Below the pieces are notes generated by a model that searched no databases, had not been told where the DNA came from, and saw only the letters and a list, made by a program, of their open reading frames with translations. Source: Chiloscyllium plagiosum (taxonomy: Eukaryota). From it: DNA of 64,000 nucleotides. The DNA is taken from NCBI RefSeq assembly GCF_004010195.1, contig NC_057751.1:13213659-13277658 (forward strand), written 5' to 3'. Both the position numbers and the translations under genes were made by a program. Below are positions 50,178-63,270 of the stretch, piece by piece (position 1 is the first letter of the stretch; each line of letters starts with the position of its first letter).

Positions 50178-50915
50178 ATGTCAGACCCCACCACCAGAGA
50201 TACATTTCCTTTCACACCCCTTTCAGCATTCCACAGAGACCATGCCGTCCGCGACTGCTCCATTAGGTCCACGCTTCCCACCAACCCACCTTCCATTCCC
50301 AGCACCTACCCTTGCCACCTTAAGAGGTGTAAAACCTGTGCCCACACCTCCTTCCTCACATCCATCCAATGCCTCAAAGGAACCTTCCCCATCCAGCAGA
50401 GATTTTCCGGCACTTCCAAACATCTCATATACTGTGTCCTTTGCTCTCGATGTGGCTGGCCTCCTCTACATTTGGGAAACAGGATGCCAACTTGCAGAAC
50501 GTTTCAGAGAACATGTCCGGGGCACATGCACCAATCAACCCTGTGGCCGAATACTTCAACTACCCCGCCCACTCCGCCAAAGACATGCACATCCCGGGCC
50601 TCTTCCACCACCAAATCTGAGCCACCTGACGACTGGTGGAAGAATACCTCATCTTCTGCCTGGGACCCTCCAACTGTGCAGGGTCAATGTTGATTTCACC
50701 AGTTTCCTCATCCCCCTCCCCCATCTTATCCCAGATTCAACCAAACTCAGCACTGCCCTCTTGAACTGTCCTACCTGTCTATCTTCATTCCCACCACTCC
50801 CCTCCACTCTGACCTATCACCATCACCCCTCTATTTATCTCTCAGCCCCCTTGGGACCCCCCCACCCCACAATCCTGATAAAGAGCTTATGCTCGAAACG
50901 TCGACTCTCCTGCGC
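50178..50915 (+). mobile_element. Penelope-like element 3' fragment (GIY-YIG) ending in a hammerhead motif
   Basis: PC..RCKTC...LIYCVLCSRCG/LLYIWETGCQLAERFREH...PVAEYFN; motif AATC-CTGATAA-AGAGC ttat GCTC-GAAACGTC at 50871-50902. Confidence 0.88.
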
Positions 50916-52279
50916 CAGACTTGTTGATGATATATATATCTGCTGACCATTAAGCATTATTTCCAATATCAGAATTATTATTGTCAATTTTATGAAAAAC
51001 AGCGACTGGTCAAGAGGCAGTAAACTTGAAGTTATGGTGAGAGAATCATGATTTGCCTGTCGCTGGATGACACCAGTAAAATAATATTTTCTGAAAAATC
51101 CTGCAATTGAGAAATCATGACTAAATTGCTCCTTCTCAAAACAAAGTGAAACAAATAAAGAAAGTTCAGTTAATTGAATTATTTGTTAATTAAACATGGC
51201 TTATTTCTTTGTCTTTGAACAGGAGTTTACTTTTCAATTGACAACTGCTTTGAAACTGCAATACATCAATTTTCTTTCCTGATTATATTCCAGGGTGAAT
51301 TTTATTTATTAGAAAAACATATTCTGCTTTCTCCCTTCCTAGCCATTCCAGACGATTAACTATAATTATTCAAACATCACACATTGTTGTGGAAGGGGAC
51401 TAAGTTGAGCTCTGAACTTTTCCCGGACTTAATATCCTTTCTTGATTCCTGACATTTCAGATTGTAGCAGGAGCTTCAAAAGCAGCTGATGATAATGTAA
51501 AATGGAGCGGAAGCCTCAAACTTAGTAGTGGCTGAAAGCTCTGATGGTGGCTAACAGCCAGTGAGGGGGATAGAAGCAAGCAGGCAAATACTGGATACTG
51601 AGCCAGACTGACTGGCAGGTCCTGAGATGCAAAAGCCTAATGAAGGGAGAGAAAATACAGCAGGGCAAGAGTGGAATTCCAAACTGGTGCATCACAGCAT
51701 TGAGGAACAAGGGTCATTGGTAGAACACACAGAAGCCACCAATGGTGGCCAGAGACCTGGGAAAGGAGCAGCAGGCCCAAATTTGCAGAGCAAGTCACTG
51801 ATCCAAATTGGGGAATGAAGACAGGGATCTTGAAGCAGGCCTACAAGGAGCAGATATCCAGCTAGATCAACATGGGGCACCCTTGAGCCGAAGAAGCCTC
51901 ATGCACTGAGAGCCAGCAAGGCAACAACTAAAGTTTGGAGCAGAGCTTCACAGTGATGGGCCAGTCAGGATGACAAATCATGGAAATGATGGCCACTGAT
52001 GTTAACTAAAATTTGGTAAGTAGTAGTGTTCTCGAAGGCCGAATTGAACCAATTGAAAAAAAACCCTGAGTTTGAGGGGCCATGAGGGTAGCAATATTCC
52101 TTTTTTATCTGGGAGACAAGTTATGTAGTAATATGTCACCAGAAATTAAAACACTGATCTAAATGTGTATTAAATTTCCTGAGGGTTTCTGCCTCTATCA
52201 CTTTTACAGTGACTTTCACCACCCTGGGGGCGAAAAGATGTCTGGGGTTTGAATGTCTAATTACACAGCATCAACTGAT

Positions 52280-52880
52280 GGATCAATTAGGAAGAGTCAG
52301 CATAGATTTCTAAAGGGGAAATCACATTCAACTAACTTGGAGTTTTTAAATGAGGTAATAAAAAGGTTCAATGAGGAGAATGCTGTACTCGTGGTACATG
52401 GACTTCCAGAAGAGATTTGATACAATCTTATAAAACAGCCTTTGAGGATTAAAAGGGTATAAAAGGGACAACAGTAACATGGAGGCAAAGTTGGCTGAGT
52501 GATGGAACAGGAAGAAATGGTCAATGGATTTTTTTTTTTGGACTGGAGGAGGACCCACGGCAGAGTCCCCAGGGTTTCGCACCAGCATGCCTGCTCCTTT
52601 ACAATAAACATCTGGACCTGGGTGTAAAGGAACAATTTCTCAGTTCGCAGATGAAACTTGGAAGAGTTGTAAACTGTGAGCATGATAGTGTGGAACTCCA
52701 AAAGGCCACTGACAGTTAGTGAAGTGAGCAGTAAGGTGGCAGATGAGGTTCAATGCAGAAATGTGAGAAGCAATGTACCCCAATTGGAAGAACATTGAAA
52801 TATAATGAAAATAAAGGGCACAACTCTGAAAGCGGGTGCAAGAGCAGAGAGACCTGGGTGCACACATCCACCAATGGGAC
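52280..52880 (+). mobile_element. Degenerate CR1 RT fragment
   Basis: agtcagcatagatttctaaaggggaaatca (SQHRFLKGKS) and gtggtacatggacttccagaag remnants. Confidence 0.65.
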
Positions 52881-53224
52881 ACAGCTACCTGTTTTGGACC
52901 AATCAGATGAATACTCAATCTAAATAGTTAAATTCTCTCTAAGTTATGCTTTTCCATTAATGCCTGTAAGGTCTGTTATCAGTGGAATGAAGTCTGTTTT
53001 ATAATTTTCGTGTCGTGCGTAAGTTAAAATCATCTGCTACATTTTGGTGCAGTGGGTCAGACTTTACAATGCAAAGAACGAATGAATCATGGTGGTTGAA
53101 AGAGGTGAAGGATGGAAGGACGGGAACTGACCTGTCAGTGAAGGCGGTTGATACAGCTGCTGCTGTAGCTGAGATGCTCACTTAATTGGATGAAGGTGAC
53201 AGATGAAGTGGTGACCAGAAGGAA

Positions 53225-53559
53225 GATGATGGCCTAATGGCTTTATTGATGGACTGTTAATTCAGAGAACTAAGTAATGTTCTGGGGGCCCAAGCTTGAA
53301 TCCTGCTAGATGGTCGAATTTAGATTTAATTAAAAACAAAATCTGGAATCATGAGTCTAACGATGACAATGAATCTATTGTCAACTGTCAGAAAAAAAAA
53401 CATTACTCACGTATGTCCTTAAGGGGACTGATCCGGCCTACACATGACCCAACACCTACAGCAATGTGGTTGACATTTAACTGCCCTCTGGGCAATTAGG
53501 GATGGGCAAAAATGCTGGTATAGCCAGTATAGCCCTCATTCTGTGAATGAATAAAAAAA
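53225..53559 (+). mobile_element. tRNA-derived SINE (family 2)
   Basis: Homologous to 21385-21752; tail gggcaattagggatgggcaaaaatgctgg...gaatgaataaaaaa. Confidence 0.75.
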
Positions 53560-54369
53560 GCTGGATTCCAGCATGTTCTCCTTTAACATAACTGACTACA
53601 GATGAAATATCCTATCAAGGATATTCTATCTGCAAATGAATGAAGAGCTGGTCAGATATGGTGGAAATCAAAAGATGTATAACCATCCATTGGATGAGGA
53701 TTAGATTGAAGGGACACAACTGGTGAGGGCATCTAAAGAGAGAGAGAGAGAGAGAAAGAGCAAGCAACTTTCATGATGGAATGTAAGAGTGGAGAAGTGG
53801 GAAATACTGGAGAGAAGTATGAATGTCCAAAGAACTCCACAGCAAATATTTCAGAGACTGGCGAGTATGCTTGAGGATAGCCAGACTACAGCAGCTGCAG
53901 CACAGGTTTCAAAGTACAAGTGGGCCACAGGAGAGGAATTGGGGTCTCCATTTTCCAGAGCTGGTAAGGTTGTTTGACCATGAGAGAGAGAAAGAAACCT
54001 ACACTGCTGTCTGATACAGCACTGAAGCTACACAGCTACTGCCTTTGATGTTTGAGTTAAAGCACTTCTGAACATCGAAATGCATCTAAGAAAAATGAAC
54101 AAACTGCAAAATTCACAGCAGACCTTGGAGGAATCTGTGTGGGAGAGCTCACAGCACAGGAGCAGATAAGTGCAATGTTTTTAAGTATAACCTTGCTATC
54201 TTTTTGTAATAGTGAGTAGAATGGGTTCCTTTTTGGTTCTGTATTTATAGCGATCTGTCTCTTGATTAAAATTTAAAAATATAAAACATAGGTACTAAGT
54301 TAGCCTGGAGCAATGTTTTGTGGAGCAGTAAGATTGTGCTATTTTCTGGGTCTGTAGATTGTTAAGGTG

Positions 54370-57270
54370 CAAAGATGACCTTTCATAGAGTGATGTGTTC
54401 TTCCTGTCAGATATGTGTAATTAGGAAGAATTTCCATGTTACTGATGATTATGGCTGCAGGAAGTGTGCTTGGTTGCAAATTCTATCAGATTGCATGGAT
54501 TCATTGGAGCAGCAGTTAGAGGCAATGAGGAAATTTCAGGAGTTTGGGATTGTGATGCATGGCAATTATAGGAAGGAAAAATAAAACACCGATGCAGTCA
54601 GATAGATGGGTTCCCGTCAGGAACAGTAGAAGAGGGAGGCAGGTAGTGCAGGAGTCTCTAGTGGCTATCCCCAACTCAAACAAGTATGCTGGTTTGGAAA
54701 CTGTAGGGGGTGATGGCCTCTCAGAGATTGCAGCACGAACAGCCAAGTGTCTGGTACTAAGGCTGGCTCTAATGTAACAAGGGTTACGTCAGGTTCCAAG
54801 CGATCGAATGCGATGGGGACTCTCTAGTCAGAGGCACAGACAGATGTTTCTGCGGTATAGAATCAGAATGGTGTGTTGCCTCCCTGCTGCCAGGATCAAG
54901 GATATCTCGGAGACTGTGCAGAATATTCTCAAAAGGGGAGTGGGACGAGCAGCAGGTCATTGTACATATTGGAACTAACGATATAGGAAGGAAAAAGGAT
55001 GAGATTATGAAGAGAGAATATAGGAAATTTGGCAGAAATTTAAAAAGGAAGTCCCTGAGGATAGTAAGATCTGGATTACTCCTAGTGCTATAAGCTAGTA
55101 AGGTTAGGAACAGGAGGATAGAGCAGATGAATGTGTTACTGGAGGAGCTAGTGCACGGGAGAAGGGTTCACATTTTTGGATCATTAAACCTCTTCTGGGG
55201 TAGAAGTGACCTGTCTAAGAAGGACAGATTACATCTGAATTAGAAGAGGACTAATATACTGGCAGGGAGATTTGCTCGAGCTGCTCGATAGGATTTAAAC
55301 GAGTTAAGGTGGGGATGGAACCCAGGAAGATAGTGAGGAAAGAGATCAGTCTGAGACTGGTTCTACCGGGAAAAGGAGCAAGTCAAACAGTCAGGGCAGG
55401 CAAGAACAAAGCAGAGACCGAGGTAGGACTGGGTAAGTTAAACTGCATTTATTTCAATGGAAGAGGCCTATCAGGGAAAGCAGATGAACTCGGGGCATGG
55501 GACTAGGATGTCACAGCAATGACAGAGATGTGGCTCAAGGATGGACAGGACTAGCAGCTTAATGTTCCAGGATACAAATGCTCTCAGAAGGGGGACAACA
55601 GAGGAGATGGAGTGACATTTTTGATAAGGGATAATAACATTATGGCTGCACTGAGGGAGGGTATTCCTGAAAATATGTCCAGGAAATTTATTTGGGTGGA
55701 ATTAAGAAATAAGAAAGGGATCATCACCTTAGTGGGATTGTACTATAGACCCTCCAATAGTCAGCGGGAAATTGAGAAACAAATTTGTAAGGAGATCTCA
55801 GTTTTCTGTAAGATTATGGTAGGGGATTTTAACCTTCCAGATATAGACTGGGACTGCCATAGTGTTAAGGGTTTAGATGAAGAGGAATTTGTTAAGTGTG
55901 TACAAGAAGGTTTTCTGATTCAGTATGTGGATGTACCTACTGGAGATGGTACAAAACTTGACATACTCTGGGGAAATAAGGCAGGGCACATGATGGAGGT
56001 GTCAGTGGGGGAGAACTTTGGGGCCAGTGACCATAATTTTATTAGTTTTAAAACAGTGATAGAAAAGGATAGACCAGATCTAAAAATTAAAGATCAAAAT
56101 TGGAGGAAGGCCAATTTTGATATTATTAGGCAAGAAAAGTTGATTAGGTGCAGATGTTCCGAGGTTAGATCACATGGAATATAAGGAGAACCAGCCATTT
56201 GGATGCAGAACTGGCTGGAAGGTAGAAGACAGAGGCTGGTGGTGGAGGGTTGCTTTTCAGACTGGAGGTCTATGACCAGTGATGTGCCGCGAGGATTGGT
56301 GCTCAGTCCACTGCTTTTCGTCATTTATATAAATGATTTAGATGTGAACATTGGAGGTATAGTTAATAAGTTTGCAGGTGACACCAAAATTAGAGGTGTA
56401 GTGAACAGCGAAGAAGGTTACCTCAGAGTACAACGGGATCTTTTTTAGGGGGGCCAATGAGCCAAGGAGTGGCAGATGGAGTTTATTTTAGATAAATGTG
56501 AGGTGCTGCATTTTGGAAAGGCAAATCCCGGCAGGACTTATACACTTCATGGGAAGGTCTGGGGGTGATGCTGCTGAACAAAGCGACTTTGGAGTGCAGG
56601 TTAATAGTTCTTTGAAAGTGGGGTCTCTGGTAGGCAAGATAGTGAAGATAGCATTTGGTATGCTTTCCTTTATTGGTCAGAACATTGAATATAGGAGTTA
56701 GGAAGTCATGCTGCAGCTATACAGGATATTGCTTGGGCCACTTTTGGAATATTGTGTGCAATTCTGGTCTCTGTCCTATCGGAAGGATGTTATGAAACTT
56801 GAAAGGGTTCAGAAAAGATTTACAAGGAGGTTGCCAAGGTTGGAGAGTTTGAGCTATAGGGAGAGGCTGAATAGCTGAGGCTGTTTTCCCTGGAGTGTCA
56901 GAGGCTGAGGGGTGACCTTATAAAGGTTTATAATATCATGAGGGACATGGTTTAGGTAAATGGACAAAGTCTTTTCCCTGGGTTTGGGAATCCAAAACTA
57001 GAGGACATAGGTTTAGTGTGAGAAAGGAAAGATTTAAAAGGGACAAAGGGTCAACTTTTTCATGCAGAGGGTGATGCCTATATGGAATGAGCTGCCAGAG
57101 GAAGTGGTACAGACCGATATAATTTCAACATTTAGAAGGCATCTGAAAGGGTATATGAATAACAATGGTTAATAGGAACCAAGTACTGGCAAATGGGACT
57201 ACATTAATTTAGAATATCTGGTTGGCATGGATGAACTGGACCGAAGGGTCTGTTGCTGTCTCTATGTCTA
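54370..57270 (+). mobile_element. CR1 LINE with ORF1 (Zn finger plus SGNH esterase) and internally deleted ORF2
   Basis: CSSC...CRKC and a coiled segment; GDSLVRG and VHIGTND esterase motifs; APE motifs GLYYRP, VGDFNLP and SDHN; RT motifs WMQNWLEGRRQR, VPRGLVLSPLLFVIYINDL and KFAGDTK; CR1 tail. Confidence 0.9.
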
Positions 57271-58469
57271 TGGCAATATCATCTTGGATCCTTCTATCAA
57301 ATCGACAAGGGACATGAAAGTAAAAAATCAGCTGAAATAGATATGGAATGCAACCGAGGAGGATTAATGGTGATAAGCCACAGTGAGTCTTTCTTTGATG
57401 CATGTGATTTCATCATGTGGATCATGGAGAAAGACTGCACTCTTAAAATGCGAATAGAGGCCACCATCAGAGAATTGACAGTTCGCACAAATGTGGATGT
57501 TGACCTCATGTTGAAAAGGCAAATGGAACGGACTGCTGCATAGCAAGTAAAGATTCAGTTCTTGTTCTACTTTTACAGTGAGCCTCATAGCTAAGCCTGT
57601 CCAAGGGCTCCAAAGAGCTGCTAAAATTGTAGCAGTATTAGGACTTCAAACAAGACTGCCCTCACGAACAACAGATACCAGTGATATCAGTTACAGTGGT
57701 CCCATCTAGTGCTGGAAGAGGATCAGGGAGGAAGGTGACATTCTGCAACGGCTGATCCACGACAACAGGAAAGAGTGAAGCAATTCATCCTTCCTAATGG
57801 CTTCAAGCCTCACATTTTGCAAGCTGTCCACAAACAGTTCAGAAGTAGTGGAAAAGTCAGCTGCACTGCCAAAATGGTGTAACAGCTCAGAGATGGCTGC
57901 CCATACTGCCAACTACTGCCAGACCTGTGAGAATTGCACTTTGGCCAATGCAGAGAAGTATTTCAATACTTGTGGTTACAGTAATGATATGGGTCCCATA
58001 ACTTGAACAACACCTCAGAGGACTGGATCCAGAGTTGAGTTTCTCAATCTCAGAACACCAGTGGATGATATTAGGAAGGCAAGCCACTAACTGGTATGCC
58101 AATCAACAGCGGTGCACATGAAGAGGTGTTGGAAACTGAGAGGGAATCCTGGACTGTGTACCAATGGGATCTGTTGTTGCATTCAGTATGAAAGCATCGA
58201 TTTTTGTGTTGGAAGGTGATGCACAGCTATCATACAGGGAGACTGCAACTGAAGCAACCATGATTGTTGATCAAGCAGGCTTGGTAGACATGACTGATGT
58301 CAGTTTGAGCACATTTACCTATCAAAACATTATTGAACGTATCAGTTCAGAAGAGAGGCTGAGAAGTTCACCTTGAGTAAATGTTGGTTGTCAACACAAA
58401 CCCAAACCATTCCTGCATTTTGCTGATGAACAAATGGAATGCTCCCACCAACCTGGACTTGAACATGCC

Positions 58470-61125
58470 ATATGACCTTAAGACATAGGAGCAGAAATTA
58501 GGCCATTCAGCTCATCGAGTCTGCTCCACCATTTGATTATGGCTGATAAGTTTCTCAGCCCCACTCTCCTGCTTTCTCCCCGTGACCCTTGATCCCCTTT
58601 ATACTCAAGAACCTATCTACCTCTGTCTTAAATATACTCAATGACCTGGCCTCCACAGCCTTCTATGGCAATGAATTCCATAGATTCATCACTCTCTGGC
58701 TGAAGACATTTCTCCTTATCTCCACTCTGAAAGGTCTTCCCTTTACTCTAAGGTTGTGTCCTCGGACTCTAGTCTCTCCTACAAATGGAAACATCTTCCC
58801 AACATCTATTCTGTCCAGGCTATTCAGTATTCTGTATGCTTCAATTAGACCTCCCAACACATATTTCTAAACTCCACTGGGTGTAGACCCAGAGACCTCA
58901 AATGTTTCTCGTATGTTAAGCTTTTCATTCCTGGGACCATTCTTGTGAAGCTCCTCTGAACACACTCCAAGACCAGTACATCCTTCCTGCGATATGGGGC
59001 CCAATCTGCACACAATACTCGAAATGTGGTCTTACCAGAGTCTTATAGAGCCTCAGAAGTACATCCCGGCTTTTATATTCAAGTCCTCTCAAAATAAATG
59101 CCATCATTGCATTTGCCTTCCTAATTATTGACTCAATCCGCAAGTTTACCTTGAGAGAATCCTGGACTAGAAATCCCAAGTCTCTCTGCACTTCAGACTT
59201 CTGAATTTTCTCCCCATTTAGAAAACAGTCCATTCCTCTATTCTTCCCACCAAAGTGCATGATCTCTCATTCGCCCGCATCATATCCATCTGCCACTTCT
59301 TTGCCCAGTCTCCTAACCTGTCCAAATCCTTCTGCAGCCTCCCTGCCTCTTCAATGCTACCTGTCCCTCTACCTATCTTTGTATCATCTGCACACTTAGC
59401 CAGAATGTCCTCAGTTACTTCATCTAGATTGTTAATGTATAAAGTGAAAAGTTATAGTCTCAACACTGAGCCTCGCAGAACACTTGTCACCGGCTGCCAT
59501 TTTGAGAAGGACCCTTTGATCCCCACTCTCTGCTTACTGCCAGACAGCCAAGCTTCTATCTATGCTAGCACCTTGCCGATGACACGATGGGCCTTTATCT
59601 TTCTCAGTAGCCTCCTGTTTGGAACCTTGTCAAAGGTTGCCTTCTTGAAGTCCAGATAGATAATGTCCATTGGCTCGCCTTGGTCTAACCTGCTTGTTAC
59701 TTCCTCAAAGAATTCTAGCAGATTTGTCAGGGGTGACCTCCCCTTGATGAAACCATGCTGACTTTGCCCTATTTTACTGTACACTTCAAAGTATTTAGAA
59801 ACCTTATCTTTCACAATGAATTTCAGGATCTTACCCATGACCAAGTTTAGGCTAATTAGTCTGTAATTTTCCCTCTTTTGCCGTTCTTTTTTTTAAAAAA
59901 ACAGAGGTGTCATGTTAGCAATTTTCCATTCTCTGGGACCCATCCTGGTTCTATCAATTCCTGAAAAATCACCACTAACGCGTCCACTATCTCTTCAGTT
60001 ACCTCCCTTGGAACTCTGGGGTGTAGTCCATCTGGTCCAGGTGATTTATCCACCTTCAGGCCATTTAGTTTTTCTAGCACCTTCCTCCTTGGTGATGGTC
60101 ACCATATTCAGCTCTGCCTCCTCACTCTCTTGAATTTTTAGGATATTACTTGTATCTTCCACCACGAAGACTGATGCCAAGTAATTATTCAGTTTCTCAG
60201 CCATTTCCTTGTTTCCCACTCCTATCTCTCTTGCGTCATTTTTCAGTGGCCCAATATCCACTTACACTTCTCTTTTCCTCTTTATGTATCTGAAGTCTCC
60301 CTTTATATTACTGGTTAGCCTACCGTCATATTTAATCTTCTCCCTCCTTATTTCTTTTTTTGTTGCCCTCTTTGTCTTTGTAAGCTTCCCAATCCTCTGG
60401 TTTCCCACTGCCCTTCGCCACATTGTATGTTTTCTGTTTTGTTTTTATGCTATCCCTGACTTCCCTCATCAGACATGGTTGCCTCATTCTCCCTGTATCA
60501 TGCTGCTTTTTCCTCGGGATGAATCTCTGCTGTCTCTCCTGAATTACTCCCAGAAACTCTACCATTGCTGTTCCACTGTCTTTCCTGCTAGGCTCCTCTC
60601 ACAGTTAATTCTACTTAGCTCCTCCCTCATGCCTCTGTAGTTGCCTTTATTCAGCTGTAATACCATTACCTCTGATTCTATCTTCTCCCTCTCAAATTGC
60701 AGAGTAAATTCAATCATATTATGATCACCTCCTTTACCTTAAGCTCCCTTATCAAGTCTGCCCCATTGTACAACACTAAATCCAGTATTGTCTGTTCCCT
60801 CGTGTGCTCCACCACAAGCTGCTCCAAAAAGCCATCTCATAGACATTCCACAAATTCCTTTTCTTGCAATCCACAACCAACCTGATTTTCCCAGTTCACC
60901 TGCATATTGAAATCCCCCATGGTCACTGTAACTTTGACTTCCCTACGTATCTTTTCTATTTCCTGGTGTATCTTGCACCCCAGCTCCTGACTACCTTTTG
61001 GAGGCCTGTACATAACTCCAACTGTAGTATTTTTTACCTTTACGGTTCCTCAATTCTAACCCCACCGATTCTACACCATCTGATTCTACTTCATTTCTTA
61101 CTATTGATTTAATTTCATTTCTTAC
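58470..61125 (-). mobile_element. CR1 LINE ORF2, endonuclease to 3' end
   Basis: SQHGFIKGRSPLTNLLEFFEEVT, YLDFKKATFDKVP, LYKTLVRPHFEYCVQ and FSQRVMNLWNSLP. Confidence 0.92.
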
Positions 61126-62029
61126 TCAGAAAGCAGCTGTCAGAGCTGAAGTGAACCTGCTGATGGCATGATTGATCAGCATCAGTCACCTTGTGATATG
61201 ACATGCATAACAGCTCTGAAGCAGTGAAATGTGTAGCAAGTAACATTGCTGAGGGAAACCACAAAGCAGGGAACTAATCAGTTTCTATGGGCCTCTCCTA
61301 GCAGGCAGTAGTGTGTTTGATAAGGTGAGGGGCAAAACCAGATGCATTAGGTCAAGGGACAAAGAAAAATGTGTGAAAAGTCCAGGACTTCTATAATGTC
61401 TGGAGACCCTCTGACAGTGGCTACAAAACCAGGAAAGGGAATTGAAATAAGCTGGCTAATGCTCGATACTCAGACTGACTGGAACTTAATGGCAGCAGGA
61501 GCAGAGTTCCAGACTAGTGGATCAGAGCATTGAGGAGCCAGGGTCGAGATGCTGAGAGGCAGAAGTGGAAATGGAGTGACACAAGACCAAGGTGAACCAT
61601 CTCAGCAAAACCATTTGAGTTCAAGAAGTGAGGAAGATCCCCTTTTTGTTTGGGAGACAAGATGCTTGCATTGACCAATATGACCATGCCTTGTCTCATG
61701 GTCACAATACATTCTAACAATGGAACTCGGCTACTCAGCTGATTAAAGATCTGGAATATCAGGCGAATATCAAATCCAAATTGTTCATTCCTCTAAATTA
61801 TGCTTTTCTACTCATGTCTACCAACATTCGTTACCAATGGAATACAGATACTCTGTTTCATCATCTGTGTGCAGTACCTGTGTTCAAATTGCCTTTCATA
61901 TTATGTTTTATGGTTTTGAATCATTGGTACATTTCAACTGATTCTTAAGCTGTAGTTATAACTTTTCCTGAGCCTTGGACTACAACACTACTGAATTTAC
62001 ATATTGCCTCTTTTGAATTTTTAAAAATA

Positions 62030-62400
62030 TTTGAAATTGCATCACAGCCACTGAAGTGAGTCATTCTTTTAGTATTTGGAGAAACAGCACCAATTTGCAC
62101 ACAACACTGGTCTGTGAACACTGAGATAAATGAGAAATTTACTGCACTTTAATGTTTGTAGAGGGATAAATGTCAGCCAAGCCCCTCAAGAACTTATTGA
62201 CTGTTCTCCAAATGTGCCATGGGATCCTTTATGTTGACTGAAGACAGCCAACAAAGTGTTGGTAAAATGTTTCATCAAAAAGATACTGCACCTCTTCCTT
62301 GGCACAGTGCTGAAATATTCATTCTGATTGTTAAAACCTCTCAAGTTGTTCGGGAACTTACGATCAACCAACTCAACAGCACTGAACCAAGACTGTCAAT
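62030..62400 (-). mobile_element. Ancient Deu-domain SINE (SacSINE1/AmnSINE1-like)
   Basis: Minus strand ...tctttttgatgaaacattttacc...aaaggatcccatggcac...tgtgtgcaaattggtgctgtttc resembles the Deu domain as recalled from DeuSINEs. Confidence 0.6.
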
Positions 62401-62494
62401 TTAGCTGCCTTCTCTCAATATGGGACTGTAACAGCAATGAAAAATGACAATTGTAAATGCATTCTTGTATTAAAATTTTGTGAACTAAACCAAC

Positions 62495-62645
62495 CTCTTT
62501 AGGGTTGTCCCCCAGGAGTCTAAACTTTCGAGGATGCTTGCTGCGGGCATATTTGCATCCGTTGAAGTACATGCTCCAAGAACAGCCAAAGGAAAAGGAA
62601 GCACCACAGGTCTCAGGATCCTTTCCCTGACATGCACATGTGCGG
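62495..62645 (-). CDS. tet3: TET3 coding exon, 151 bp, Cys-rich domain; upstream exons lie beyond the window
   Basis: Minus strand reads tttcag|C CGC ACA TGT...CCT AAA GAG|gttggt, translating [50 protein letters not shown]. This is the TET Cys-rich segment with TET3-type residues (GKDP, CKYARSK, GDNPKE). Confidence 0.96.
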
Positions 62646-63035
62646 CTGAAATGAAATTAAAATAAAACCAGTAACTATTAATCCTTTTAGCAGCTTCAGA
62701 AATGGCGATCAAAAGATTTGTATGAATTGTTACATAGACTATACATATGGCCTGAACATTGATCATCTGTCATTGTAGGTTATTTCTTTTCATTATACTT
62801 TTGGTTTCCAAAATTTGCACTGTAGATATTCAACAGAATAGATGCTAAAGTATGCAAGAATATTTTCGCATCTATCCTGTTGAATGAACTGCAACAATCA
62901 ACTGAAAAAGTTGATTGAAAATAATTAATCCTGATATTACCCCTCTCTTTGACTTCTGTGCTGCAGGTCTCAGTTTTGGGATGCATTTACAATGCTTCAG
63001 TGTGAACTGGTTTCCTTTTTTTTTACAAATTGGTC

Positions 63036-63270
63036 AGGTGGTGGTATAATGCTACTGTCACTGGACTTGGAATACAGAACCCCAGGCTAATGTACTGGGG
63101 ACATAGGTTTGAATCCAACAGTGAAATGTAAATTCAAAAAAAGTTTTGAATACACACTTGAATTTACCGTCAACAACATAACTCATGTCAATTGTTGTAA
63201 AAACCTATCTAATTCACTAATCACTGTCCATGAGGGAAGTAATCCGCCATCCTTCCCTGTTCTGGCCTAC
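63036..63270 (+). mobile_element. tRNA-derived SINE (family 2), 5' part
   Basis: tgtcactggact...acccaggctaatg...ggtttgaatcc, as in 21385-21600. Confidence 0.65.

Noticed and set aside
57620..58460. Possible old RTE-like LINE fragment
   Set aside because: Too degenerate to call from motifs by eye.
15572..62645. Assignment to tet1 or tet2
   Set aside because: [44 protein letters not shown] and GKKRKW are TET3-type residues.
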